41,822 bases of DNA from Parasitella parasitica NRRL 2501 (Eukaryota; Fungi; Mucoromycota): the NCBI GenBank assembly GCA_025201805.1, contig MU619423.1, forward strand, positions 1 to 41,822, in the 5' to 3' direction. The notes beneath the pieces were generated by a model that worked only from the letters and a program-made list of their open reading frames with translations, made no database searches and was not told the origin of the DNA. The position numbers were made by a program, and so were the translations under genes. Below are positions 1 through 12,400 of this stretch, piece after piece; within the stretch, counting starts at the first letter, position 1, and each line of letters begins with the position of its first letter.

Positions 1-166
1 AAAAAAATTGAATTATATATTATCACATAGCAGCATTGAAAGATATAGGGAAGAAAGGGATTCAAATTTATTATTACTATATATATGAAAAATAAAGCGT
101 GGCTCTGAGAGCATTTACCACATTTCCAGCCTTCGCTTCGGCAACATTTTGATTCACAAAAATTTT

Positions 167-223
167 AGCCTTATATCGTGAATAGCCTTATATCGAACAG
201 CCTTAAATCGAGCGGCTACTGTA
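167..223. mobile_element. Right terminal inverted repeat of a pogo/Tigger-like DNA transposon or MITE; the body extends off the left edge
   Basis: Ends ...CGAGCGGCTACTG (221) followed by TA (222-223); the reverse complement reads TA|CAGTAGCCGCTCGATTTAAGGCT, a CAGT-starting pogo-type terminus. Three subterminal AGCCTT(A/T)ATCG-type repeats at 167-178, 184-195 and 199-210. The partner TIR is not in the window. Confidence 0.55.
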
Positions 224-1221
224 TTACTCAAGGAAATTTGACAGTTGTTAATTTATTCAGGGCATTTATTAAAATAAATCTTAAGAAAAAATTGGCAAAA
301 CTAGCTGGTTTCCCAAGCTTAAATTAGCAGAAAGATAAAATGCATAGTTTACTTGGCATGTTATCGTTTGATTTTTACAAGTAAATATAACGTTCTTTTG
401 AATCTAATTTGCTTTTTTGCTAGTTTTGCAACTTTTCACTTGTTCAGAGCATTCTCGGATTGATGAAGAAAATCAATAAATGCTACAGCCTCTAGGTAGA
501 TGATTTACCTGGGCTAAATATTCATAATGGGGGACAATTGCATCTAATCTAAGGTCTTTGGCGCTGTGTCTATGCTTCTGTTTGATAAAGCTTTGAGTCT
601 CTGCAATCAAGAAAACTAAACCGGGATAACTTTCCTTCATCACGGCATCTATGCTCTTTATTAGGCTATTACGTTGTTCTATTAATGTTTACAATAAATT
701 TACTGAAGGAGGGTCTTTGAGTCTCCCAGGTCAAATCTCTTTTGAGCACAAGAATTAAGCCTTGCAGGAAGAAGGTCGGATCCGACGGAGACACTCGTGT
801 AAATTCAGTAGTAGTTTAAGGCATGCAGGATTTTAGATGAACATTGTGAAATATGGTGCCCATCAAAAATTGAGGGTGGTGGGCGATTGCAACTGCCGTA
901 TATATTTGGAAGTGATTGGCAACTCGAAAAGCTACGTTGTAAGGTTTATATTGAGTCTTTTGTGCCATTCCTTTTGGCGAATAATTGTTCTGTAGGCTAT
1001 GTATCATATGCCAGATGCCTGTGAAATTTCAACCTTGAAGTCTTTCTGGTTAGTGTGCTGGCCAAATATCTAAAGGCATCTATATTATACACACTTTGGT
1101 AGGATTGCTTGGTGTTCATTCAGGCAATAAAAAGCATGCCGACAGCCAGAGATTGAAGTTCAGAATTTTTGCTTTCTCTTTTTTTGATAAACCCTTTTTT
1201 TTTTCCACCCTTATACCTCTC

Positions 1222-1940
1222 ATGACAAGTTACAATACTGATAATGCGCATACAAACAACAGTTCAGAGACTGGGTCAATCACATCAAATCGACTTGTGA
1301 GTGAGTCCTGCATGGATCTCTTTTTGATTGAAATGGTGGATACGGTGTGCAGGACAACAACAGCAGAAACTGAAGGAGACAGCGACGCGATCTTTTACAA
1401 GCTGGAGACGCTGGGATACGCTGTCGGTCAGAGACTTGTTGAGCGATTTACAAAGGATAGACCTCGTTTTGTCGATACGCTGGACGTCGTGAAATACATC
1501 TGCAAAGACCTTTGGACAATCATGTTTAAAAAGCAAATCGACAATCTCAAAACCAACCACAGAGTAAGCTGGGGGCAAAAGAGAGACAGAGACAGAGAGA
1601 AAGAGAGAAAGAGAGAAAGAGAGAGAGAGAACCTGTATAATTCGTTATTGACCATAGGCACAGGGTGTATATGTTTTGCAGGATAATGGATTTCGGTGGT
1701 TTATGCGCATGTCAACAGATGTAGGAGGAGCAGATTCGGCAAAGAAAGCCCTGCCGGTAAGTTTGGTCTTTTCAGCCTCAGGGGGGCATTGTATGTACTC
1801 ATCTTCTACAGTACGTTTGGTTTCCTTGTGGGATTATCAGAGGTGCGCTGACAAGCTTGGGCGTACCAACAGTTGTTGTTGCCGAAACATCCAATCTCCC
1901 CCAATGCACTTTCCATATCAAAATCGTAAAGCAGCAATAA
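1222..1940 (+). CDS. TRS33: TRAPP complex subunit Trs33/TRAPPC6 (exons 1222-1563, 1664-1756, 1812-1940)
   Basis: Motifs KLETLGYAVGQRLVERF, LDVVKYICKDLW..MFKKQIDNLKTNHR|GVYVLQD and FPCGIIRGAL. Two GT-AG introns give a continuous frame to TAA at 1938-1940. Confidence 0.93.
1579..1630 (+). repeat. GA-rich microsatellite in TRS33 intron 1
   Basis: Imperfect (GA)n/(GAGACA)n run visible in the sequence. Confidence 0.85.
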
Positions 1941-2023
1941 AAAGCGTAGAAAACCAGTTTCCACAGGCCATTTTCATTTTTATTTATTTATTTTTTACTT
2001 GGCATGGTTTCAATGCAGGCATT

Positions 2024-4252
2024 TCAACCGTGCTTTCTGCTTATGTTGGTTTTTTTCTTTGCTAGACTACTAGTAGAACCGGAAGATGGCATAGGCTGTC
2101 TCCAAAATGAAGTGGCGGATCTGGTACCGGAAGATTTAGACTTTACTGGTGATGGTGTGCTGGGGGTTATTCTTGGAGAGGATGTAGCGGAGGAAATGGG
2201 CGAGTGTTTGCTACCGCTATTGTGTGGTGTTGAAGATGCCTGTCTCGTGCGGAAATTGGGAAGCTTTATAGCTTGCTTATGAGGTGCGGCAATGCTAGAA
2301 GCGCAATGAGCTTCGGTTGATAATGACCTATGGTGTTTGGTTGGCTTTGGGGGCTTGTTGCTGAGCAAAGAAAGGGAAGTGCTAGGTAGGGGTTGCTGCT
2401 GCAGTCGACCAAGATCATACTTTTGCAAGAATCGAGACGAATTGACAGACTGCTGTTGTTGTGGTTGAGGCGATGGAAAGATAGACTTGACAGAAGCAGG
2501 TGTCAGCAGTGGAGGAAACGATAGCGCGGGCTGCATTTTAGGCGGCTGCTCTTGCTGTGGCCTATTGTTCATCTCCACCAGTTTTTGTTTTTGTTTTTGC
2601 ATCATTTTTTTTGCATTTATCATCACTCTCAATGCTCTGATCTGCAATGAAACGGCATGGGAGAGTGATGCCGCTTCGTAGATGATAGTGGCAGTCTGAA
2701 TATTCAATATTTGGTGCAATGCATGGGTAGCCAAGGCCTTGAGACGGGGCAAGTCAAACATGTCAGCGATAAACAATAATCTTGCAAGAATATGGGGCTG
2801 ATGCTGCTGAGCAGTGACGAAATTATCGGTATAAATAAACTGCAGAAATGCAATCAAAACTGCATAGGTATCAGGGAAATGCAACTTTCGTTTGTCGTAA
2901 TCAAAGACTAACGAATCGTCCACTTGAGGTGCCAGCACGGTTGAAAGTAGAGGACGAACGGTGGGCCATCGCTGAGCCAGGACAGCAGCATTGACACCAA
3001 CATGTTGATTATCAATGGTAATGATATTAAGGTCAGCGAAAGCGGGGTCTTTGAGCATCGTTAAGCCAAGCCCTTGACCAAAACCACTGTATGTCGATCT
3101 GGGAGGTCTGTAGATTCCAAAAATCTCTAAATCGACACAAGCTAGGTACTCGAAGCAGTTGACTCGGTCTTTGTAATCCGTCTGCATTGACCTATGCGGG
3201 TGTCCAAACACAATAAACCGATTGCTTTCTTGACACAACAGACCTTTCAGCCACGCTCCTCTAGACAATGCATGGCCGACTTCGATTTTTGTCCATACAA
3301 AAGTGTTGGTATCTAAGGCCCAAATTTGAAACTGTTGACTTGTGGGTGTAAAATGAGGACCGGCTATGATAAGCTGCTGGCCACACATGAAAGCAGTTGG
3401 AAATTTTAACGCGGGTGGCGAACCGGTTGCCTCATTAACACTGTCAGATTGATTTTCTATTTCAGTATATTCTAGAAGGTGGTTGAACTTCCATGTATGC
3501 AGGTATCTGGTATCTTTAGGTCCACCAAAGTTGGTGTACACATGTATATTAGTATCTGTCACTTGGTCTTCTGTAGATTGTGGTTCATCCAATGCATCTG
3601 AGTGTAAACCAGGTATAGAGGGCGGAGTGAGCTGAACTGGTGTAACGGCCACTGCAGCTGATCGATAAGCTCCATATTGATGTTGCTGGGATGACAGAGA
3701 GGAACACCATGAGTTCTTTTTAATATCAAATATATAGACATCTTGCAAGTATTGGTTGTTGATGTCTTGTCCGCCGAAAATAATCAGTTTGTCGTTTACC
3801 GAGGAAGAGAGATGAGCATACCGGGGATTTGGTAGTGATTGATTAACAAGATGGGGGTATTCCCAACTCATTGTTTGAATATTCAAGAATACTAGATCAT
3901 CCAAAGCTACTAATTCTTCTGCTCCGTCTTTGTTCTTTTTTGCCCCCATACCACCAAAGAACAATATGTATTCGTCATGGTGAGGATCAGCAGAATGAAA
4001 ATAACGAGGCGCTGGCGGTGTGTTTTGCGGCAGCACAGCTCTCCATGATTTCGTCTTTAATGATAGAATATAGACTTGATTTGATATTTGCCGAGTGGAT
4101 TGCAATCTGCCCCCAAAAATATAAACGTCTTGGTTAACCAACGTTGTTGTGGCTCCAATGAGTGGAGGAGGTCCGTTCCCAGTTGTCTTGTAAAAATCAG
4201 TAATGAGTTCTGCTATCGAGTGCGTGGTTGGCGGATTAGCAGCTGAAGCCAT
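2024..4252 (-). CDS. Kelch-repeat + BTB/POZ protein (fungal Mds3/Pmd1/Ral2, LZTR1-like), single exon, 742 aa
   Basis: N-terminal Kelch repeats (VYIFGGR, PAPRYFHSA, ILFFGG, PRYAHLS, LIIFGG); BTB-like region (FADLNIIT...VLAQRWP...AFLQFIYTD...LLFIADMFDLPRL); S/P/Q-rich tail. Confidence 0.88.
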   Translation of the reverse strand: MASAANPPTTHSIAELITDFYKTTGNGPPPLIGATTTLVNQDVYIFGGRLQSTRQISNQVYILSLKTKSWRAVLPQNTPPAPRYFHSADPHHDEYILFFGGMGAKKNKDGAEELVALDDLVFLNIQTMSWEYPHLVNQSLPNPRYAHLSSSVNDKLIIFGGQDINNQYLQDVYIFDIKKNSWCSSLSSQQHQYGAYRSAAVAVTPVQLTPPSIPGLHSDALDEPQSTEDQVTDTNIHVYTNFGGPKDTRYLHTWKFNHLLEYTEIENQSDSVNEATGSPPALKFPTAFMCGQQLIIAGPHFTPTSQQFQIWALDTNTFVWTKIEVGHALSRGAWLKGLLCQESNRFIVFGHPHRSMQTDYKDRVNCFEYLACVDLEIFGIYRPPRSTYSGFGQGLGLTMLKDPAFADLNIITIDNQHVGVNAAVLAQRWPTVRPLLSTVLAPQVDDSLVFDYDKRKLHFPDTYAVLIAFLQFIYTDNFVTAQQHQPHILARLLFIADMFDLPRLKALATHALHQILNIQTATIIYEAASLSHAVSLQIRALRVMINAKKMMQKQKQKLVEMNNRPQQEQPPKMQPALSFPPLLTPASVKSIFPSPQPQQQQSVNSSRFLQKYDLGRLQQQPLPSTSLSLLSNKPPKPTKHHRSLSTEAHCASSIAAPHKQAIKLPNFRTRQASSTPHNSGSKHSPISSATSSPRITPSTPSPVKSKSSGTRSATSFWRQPMPSSGSTSSLAKKKTNISRKHG

Positions 4253-5132
4253 TATTTTAGCTCCTATGATTTATGTAAAACAAAAAGAAGAAAATGGCGA
4301 AAAAAGCTTATACATATAGTCAAGTCAATTAGTGCCTTTCCTGTCATACGAAAGATGTAACAATACAGATTTTAATACACAAGGTGAAGTCTATTATAAA
4401 TTAGGTGTAACGATACTACTGTTCATCTTACAATGCGTGAACGGCGGGCGAATCAGATGGTATAAGTTTTGCAGTGAGCACCCTGCTTACAATTTAGGAG
4501 CAAGGCATGAGTCTTGTAAGTAACTTGGTAATTTCTTGATATGTATAGATAGCTGGGATACTGTAGAATAGGGCCTTGAAACACATTTTAGCCCCTTCAC
4601 CAGTTTAGAGGCAAAAGTTGCATCATCAGGCGCAATCCCTTATTTGAATGCTAATACAATACCGTGCACATGAAAGCAAAAGTTTTCCAGAGGATTGAGA
4701 ATTTGAACTTGAAATGGATACAAGAAAATTGATATATTTCAAGATTATATAAAGGCTATGGGACGTTGCTTGAAAATGATTCAAATAATGGCCTTTAGCA
4801 AGTTATTCAACGACAACCAGATGTTTGCGTGCTGGAACCAAGTTATCACAGCAGTTTGACACAAAGAAAATAAACTTTAATCTATGATTGCGGTGGTTTC
4901 GCAGGTGGTTTATGAATAAAGCATAGGATATGTATCCAGTAATTTTGTCATATTTTAAATGGTCAAATATGAAATGATAGACAAGAGGGAGAAAGAATGC
5001 TTAATTTAGATGGCCCTATTTGAACATCAATTGAATCTTGCGTGCTGTTGCTTCTGGTTTCTTTATATCTCCGTTTTTTTTCTCTCTTCTCTTTTTTTTT
5101 TTTTAATTCTTTATATACAAACCAAGGCGAAA

Positions 5133-7425
5133 ATGTTGTATGAGGATGAGGATCTTTTGGGAAACTCCATATTTGATACTGCGTCCAATTCAATACTAGG
5201 AAATACAATGCCAACATCCATGTTTTCATCAGGCTATGACGACGACCCTTGGGGAAGCCATACTACTACATCTATGACACAGCCAATGACCAACGATATG
5301 GATAGGTCCTACACATCTCCCAGTTTGTATCATCGGGATACAACGTCAGATGCTGCTGATTCTCGAGGAATTGGCAATACAATGCAACACACTTCGAGCA
5401 CTGTACTCTGTAAGTCGCAGCGATAGCAGTAAGAGCCTTTTCTAATCAATAGAATATTTCGTAGCCGGCATTCGATTACCAGACATGTATGATCAATTAT
5501 TTTCACAATATCAACGTTCGGGAAGAGTGTCGTTATCGACGCTGACCAGCATCCTATCAAAAGGAGAAATCTCGGCACAGCAAATTGAAATGGTTGGTAT
5601 TTGAACAAACATTTGCAGCAAATATTGACCCTTTTCTCTGAGTAAGATTATGCAAATTGTAGTTCCAAATGGCGCGTCGTACGTAACTCAGTCCGAATTC
5701 AATACATCGATTGCATTACTTGCTTGTGCTCAGAATAAAATGGATGTGTCGTTGCAGAGCCTGTATCGCAACAGAAATTGTAAGGCGCTTACCAAGCATG
5801 GCTGGAACAATTTGACTAATATTTGATCGTCTAGACCTTCCAGAGCCAAGTATGCGTAACACCGAGGTGGTCAAATCACCTTTGAAAGCTGTGGACGACA
5901 ATCCGATTGCACCTGAACCCACAACCAAATCAAACTATCAAAGCAAAACTGCCTATCCTGGCATGCTGAAACCCAATAAAGAACAGCCAAAAAAACAAAC
6001 AGACCAGCAGCATCCACAAACAAACAAAGATAACAATAAAACCTTGGACACACATCATTGGTTCCAGCATTTAGAGGAAATTACAGTGACAGTAGCGCCA
6101 GAGCGAGAAGGATTCATATTCAAGCATGTCAACTACATTGTCACTAACGAAAAGAGATCCTCAATTGTTCTGAGGAGATACAGCGACTTTTGGTGGCTGT
6201 GGGAAGTTTTACTGAGAAGATATCCATTCCGTGCCCTGCCAAACTTACCACCCAAGAAGCTAGGGGGAAGTAGGTTTTTTTTTTATTTTTTTTTTATTTA
6301 TTTTTCTCGAGAGAGAGAGAGAGAGAGGGCTTAACGACCAACTAAACATGTGCATTTGCAGGAGATGCCACCTTTTTAGAGAAGCGAAGGAAAGGGTTAT
6401 CCAGGTTCATTAATGCCATCATTCGCCATCCTGTATTACGTCAAGATGACATTGTCGCACGGTTTTTGACAGAGCCTTCCGAATTATCAGCTTGGCGCAA
6501 GCAAAATCCACCCAATTTAAGCGAAGAATTCAAGAGAAAGACACACGCCATCCGAGAATTAGATGACATGACACCGATGAATTTGGATGAACAACTACAA
6601 AAGGTTCGCAAACGAGTATCTGCCGCCATCCACCACTACGTCAATCTGTGCTATATTATGGAAAGGATGATTCGACGAATGCACGGTCAAGCAACTGACT
6701 TTTCCAGATACTCGATTGCCCTCAATTCATTAGCAGAGGCAGAATTAAGATACCATGCAGGCGAATGCAGAAACTGCCAACATGTGGTCAAGGGATATGA
6801 AACTGTAGCAAGGCACATGCAAACAGAGAGCAGTATACTGGAGGACCAAGTGGGGAGTGCGACGGATGGTGTGCTGGAAAATTTAAAGCGGTTTCGAGAT
6901 CTATTGGTATCATTTCGAGTAAGTCTTGCTGCGTGTACACAACAGACGGGTGGCTACTGATGCGCACAATTTAGGATTTGGATGAGCGCAGGGCCAAATT
7001 ATCGATCAATCAGACTGAAGCAATCAGTAAAAGGATTGCAGCAAATCGCAACAAGGTACATCAAAATAAGGGCGTTCCTGGATTAGAAGCCGAGGTGGAG
7101 AAATTGGAAGAATCTATTCGAGAAGTAAGTGAAATTACCAAGAGTGGTGGGGTTGGGGGGTTTCTTCTCTCTTTCTTTGCTAATGAACTCTATGTGCCTG
7201 CAGGATGAGCAAGAATTATCAAGCCAACAAGATCGTGAAATTTTTATTAAATTCTGCATGTGGTCAGAGCTGATTTACCTTCACAAACAGCAAGCGTTTG
7301 TTTCTTTATTGTACCAGAGCTTTGTGAAAGACTCGATTGAATTCTCGAAATTGCGTGCAACAAACTGGCAAGATCTTGAAGCGCCTGCTTTTGAAATGCC
7401 TTCAAATGTCGAATTGTTTGAATAA
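5133..7425 (+). CDS. MVP1: Sorting nexin Mvp1/SNX8 (PX-BAR), multi-exon
   Basis: PX signature [10 protein letters not shown]...[31 protein letters not shown]|[25 protein letters not shown], followed by a helical BAR region. ATG at 5133, TAA at 7423-7425, several GT-AG introns. Confidence 0.9.
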
Positions 7426-7642
7426 GTTTTTACCAGTTATTTTCGTTCCATGTGTAAATACCTTTTATCATTCTTTTTTTTTTTTTTTTCTGTATTAAAA
7501 AAAAAACAATATTTCCTTTGCTCATCTAATTTGTTTGTTTAAATATATCTTTCATGTGAAAGAAATTTCCGAGATGTATAGGGCGATTGAAGATACAGGG
7601 CAGTTGCAATGCATTTTTCTTTTTCCTGTTAAATTACTCAAA

Positions 7643-9022
7643 ATGATGGACATTAAGCATCATCGCCAGCAAGATCCACTGATATTATTAAACTCGCACC
7701 GCATAGACGAACTGCTTGTGCCCATCACCGTCAAGCCATTACCGGCTTTACTAGCTCCTCCTGCAAATCTAAGCCTATCCACCGCTTCTTTACAAACGCC
7801 CAATGTCACGAGCTGCTATCACCAACACACAAATGACTCGATGTCTGCATCTGAACTATCTCCCCTGCCATATGGATCTTCTGTGCCTGATTCATTGTCA
7901 CCGTCTACGATAACAACGCCAAACTACTTTATAGTGATTCAAAAGCAATCTCAAGAGATCCAAGAGCTTCGGCAGGATCTTGTCCAACTCAACCAGAAAT
8001 ACGTGGATCAAATCGAACGTGTGCAAACAGCAGAGCAAGCCAAGTACCAGGTTGAATCAGAGCTGGAAGACCTATCATTACGGCTATTTGAGCAGGCCAA
8101 CCACATGGTCTCGGACGAAAAAAAGGCCCGATTTGACGCAGAGAAGCGAATCAGCAAACTCGAGCGAGAGTTGACAGCTGTGTACGAAGAACTCGGCAAC
8201 GAAAGAGCCCAGTTGAACGAACTGCGGGTTAAACTACACAAAGAATCAACGGTGCATCCTTTAGAACAGCAGCAGCATCAAGAGCAGCAGCAGCAGCAGC
8301 AACAACAGAATGACACACTGCTACATAGGTTCCAGCATGGTTGCCACGGGGTACCAACAGCTGCTTATTTAGACAATGGCTGGCTGAATTTATTCAAGCG
8401 CTTTTTGACATTGGCCCCAGAAACACCATTAGAGCAGATACACAAGCTGCCTTTTCTGAAGCAGTGCCTTGAATTAGACATCGAGCCGTGTCTTCGACTT
8501 GGCGGCCATAATGCAAAAGGAGGGCAGCTATCAATGCGCAGAGTGCTGGACGTCATTCTGCACCAGCCTTGTTTTATCGAGTCAGAAACAGCGAAGCGGT
8601 ACTCGCATGATGACCGCATGCCTTTATCGAGTGCTGCTAGTCCTCCTCCTCCTCCTTTGACAGTTGCTAGACGATCGTCGCTGGCTCAACTTGCCAGTAG
8701 ATTTCGCTCATCCACTGCCAACACTAAAAAGGTATGCTATGGGTGCGGCATGGAATTGGAAGCTCCTTTGTTCCGATTTCGCTTGAAAGAGCAGGACCCT
8801 GAATACTTTACGATTGATCAGCCGTGCAGAGATCGACTAGTAGCAGTCTGCGATTTCTATGTGTTTATCCGACACGTTCGGCTGGGGTTGCAGAGCAGCA
8901 AGACGATACAGTGCTTGTTTAGGGAGTGTGTTTGGTTGAGGCTGCGTATGTTCTGGGCCAGATCAGGTATTCACCACGACCACAGCAAAGATGAAAACGT
9001 CAGGCTCTTTGTCAGTTCATGA
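7643..9022 (+). CDS. SEC2: Sec2/Rabin8-family Rab guanine-nucleotide exchange factor
   Basis: Sec2 coiled-coil motif VESELEDLSLRLFEQANHMV and C-terminal C..C...CRDRLVAVCDFYVFIR...LRMFWAR. Start taken at ATG 7643 (the ORF is open from 7535). Poly-Q at ~8266-8308. Confidence 0.82.
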   Translation: MMDIKHHRQQDPLILLNSHRIDELLVPITVKPLPALLAPPANLSLSTASLQTPNVTSCYHQHTNDSMSASELSPLPYGSSVPDSLSPSTITTPNYFIVIQKQSQEIQELRQDLVQLNQKYVDQIERVQTAEQAKYQVESELEDLSLRLFEQANHMVSDEKKARFDAEKRISKLERELTAVYEELGNERAQLNELRVKLHKESTVHPLEQQQHQEQQQQQQQQNDTLLHRFQHGCHGVPTAAYLDNGWLNLFKRFLTLAPETPLEQIHKLPFLKQCLELDIEPCLRLGGHNAKGGQLSMRRVLDVILHQPCFIESETAKRYSHDDRMPLSSAASPPPPPLTVARRSSLAQLASRFRSSTANTKKVCYGCGMELEAPLFRFRLKEQDPEYFTIDQPCRDRLVAVCDFYVFIRHVRLGLQSSKTIQCLFRECVWLRLRMFWARSGIHHDHSKDENVRLFVSS

Positions 9023-9474
9023 ATAAATACTCAAAAATGCATGTACAGCAGCAGCAATTTTACTATGGCGCATGAAAATTAAAAAGGTCATGCTATTTGT
9101 ACGCGTGCATAGCTTAACATGAGGCTTGGGACAATTGATTAGGCAGAGTGTCCATGTCATATATATATCGTAAATCCTACATAAACGAACGTCGAGCCAA
9201 TGTTGGCCTTTTTCAATGGACACGTTTTGGACCCTGGTGTCACTGTCCTCAATTCATTGATAATAATCTGCCAAACAAGAGATGAGCCATGACTCTGAAT
9301 TACAATGTGGTTTCGTGTTTTATTTTTTTGCGCGTGCAACCCGTTTCCCTCATCGTTGACGCTTTTTTCTTTATATATCCAAATTGCATCTTCGTCGTAG
9401 CAGGGTGAGGTAAGGACCACTGAAAAAAAAACCCTCAATATCTTGGGATAATTCACCAAGTGCTATGTAACAGT

Positions 9475-12400
9475 ATGCAGTCGACGTATTCAGCTCCTTC
9501 GACACCCACAAGGCCAGCCACACCGACACAAGCTAGTAGTCGATCCATAGCAACCACCAGCAGAACCAGTAATAACAACAGCTCGCCTACCAGACGACAG
9601 CTCAAAGAAACCACAGAAGTAAATCGATACATAAACTACGATCCCCAGAAAGAGCCCATCAAGGTTTGGCTTTCCATAGCAATGCGTTTGATTATGTATA
9701 TATTCATTTTCTTCCCGGTGGGGTTAATGCAGGCATTTTTGAGAATCAAACCCAAAACAGATGGCGAAACAGTAGTGGACGGTCCATACATACAAGTGAT
9801 CGACCAAGTGGAAGTGTCAATGACACCTCCAGAGGTTTGTTGTAAAACTGTGGTTTTCTATGCCCAAGATCTTTTTTTTTCTTTTTTTTTAAAAACAAAA
9901 AGGGAATATTAGGATTCAAACGCTTACAGGACAAGGCATAGAGCTTCTGAAAGATACAGATTCACCAAAATATTCAGAGAGGATACCGATCAGGCAACCT
10001 TTTACAACGAGACAACCTTGGCTCTGGTCAGAGACGTCCTGCAGGGGGAAAACGCCCTCATTTTTGCCTATGGAGTGACAAATTCCGGGAAAACGTACAC
10101 AGTCATGGGCAAACAACCACAAAACGAGCATACTGGATTGCTGCCTCGAGCTATGAGTACCATTTTTAATAGCATTGGAGATAGAAAAAGTGAAGCAAAG
10201 GTAAGGAGGAGGAGGAGGAGGAGGAGGAGGAGGAGGGGGGAGGGGGCTGGAAGAGAGACCCGATTCGTTATGTCGAACCCTTGATTAATCAGGCTACGAG
10301 ACGTCAGATAAAGCCTGTAATGCATAGTTTACTGCAAAAATACGACCAGTCGGCCGACGAGAACAGACATGTATTACAAGCGTGCAGTGTAAGGTTATTC
10401 TTTAACAACATGAGAAAGCTAATATGTTAATACAACGCAAACTGTAGACGCACGACAATCTCTTTATGACAGCAGATAAAATAGACATTGATCCAAATTA
10501 CGAATATGGCATATGGGTGTCTTTCAATGAAATATACAACGAACAGGTGTACGATCTACTGACTGCAGCTACAGCTACAGCTACAGCAGCAAGGCAAAAA
10601 AGGCCTCAATTACAGCTAAAGTACGAACAAAGGACTGGAAACAAGTATGTGGCAGACACAACGCTGGTTAAAATCAAGTCCATGGCAGAGGCAGATGCTA
10701 TCATGAGATTAGGACAACAGAATAGACAGGTGTTTTCGACGCTGATGAACCAAACCAGCAGCCGTAGTCATAGCATCTTTACGGTGTATGTTGTGAGGTG
10801 CCCTGTGGATACGAATGACTTTGTGATTGAGGTAAGCAGACTGCGCTTTTTGGGGGGTCAGAAACCCGAACCAACTGTTGTGGCAGGATCCGTATTACAC
10901 GTCGTTATCGAAACTATCAATAGTAGACTTGGCAGGATCCGAAAGATATCGAAATACCAACAGCTCGGGTCAGAGACTGAAGGAGGCAGGCAGTATCAAC
11001 AAATCGCTCATGGTACTGGGCCAATGTATGGAAGTCTTGCGACTCAATCAGATCAAGAGTGATATGGGGAAGGTAATGTAGAAACTGCTTCCTTTTTTTT
11101 TTTTTTTTGAGAGTATTGTATACCAACTAGAGCATTAGAGCCGCACGATGGTCCCATTCAGACATAGCAAACTGACAGAGCTATTCAAAAGCACGTTTGA
11201 GGGAGAGGGAAAGGCAGCGATTATTGTCAATGTCAATCCGTACGATACTGGATACGACGAAAATAGCCATGTCATGAAATTCGCAGCCGTTGCCAAAGAT
11301 GTCACTACATGGAAGCAAACGCATCCCAAGCTCGATTTACAGCATGTGCAAAGCGATGCGAAAAGATTGAGAGCTGGGGCTGCGCAACACCGACAGCAGC
11401 AGCAGGAGCAGCAGGAGCAGCAGCAACATGGGCCCAGCAGCGACGTTGAAGAGGAAGACGACACTGACAATGTTATCTTTGTTAATGGTTTAATTGCGCA
11501 ATTGCGTGAAATGAGAGAAAAGGTAAACAGTGCGATAATCGGTAACATGTGGAATCTAACAGAACGTCCAAAGTGGGTGGAAGCGGAAACTAGATCGACA
11601 ACCATGGAATCTGATATCCGTGAGCAGCTTTCGAGAGAGATGTATGCGCAATTCAAAGAAATGCAAAACAAGTGTTTGTTGGCTTTGCAGGGAGAAAATG
11701 AAATGATGGATCTTCAGCTTCAAAAGAAGGGATATTCTGACACGGCGCTTTTAGATAAATTACAAAAACGGCAAACGTCAATATTAGGAGAACTGAGCCA
11801 TTTAAAATCAAAATCTGATGAGTTTGATGCGACCAAAAACGATCTACTGGACAAAATAGCAAAACTGGAACAGGAAAACCAAAAGGAACGAGACCGTTCG
11901 AATTATTTACAGCTGCAGCTCGATCAATTTGACGCTAAGAAAGAAGAAGATGAGGGTGAGGAGGACGACGACGATGACGATCAAAGTACGACCAAGGAGA
12001 ATGACGATCCTGAAGCTCAGCAATCCTTCGAGTCATTCTTGAGCCTACGCAAACAACTGAGAAAGAGTATATTCAAGAAGGAAGAGCTGTGTAAAGATGC
12101 CGACATTATCATGAACCAAGTAGAACAGTTTGACAATGTGACATTCAAATTGGCCAAAGAAACCAAGATGGGCAAGCTATTAAAACTGATAGCCCAAGAA
12201 GAATTTGAAAAAGATTCTTTTCAAATTAAAAGTCGTGCAATGCGATTATTCAAGCGATATGCACAACTACCAACATCTTTTGAAAGCCTTCCTAAAAACG
12301 CCCTTCCAAGCATGGCCGTGGAAGATACAACGGACATTCAGGACTTGATAGCCGAAAATGCTAGATTAAAGCAGAGAATCAAGGTAACTTGGAAATAAAT

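Noticed and set aside
4300-4950. Exon-like fragments between the Kelch-BTB gene and MVP1
   Set aside because: No consistent spliced frame could be built; likely promoter DNA.
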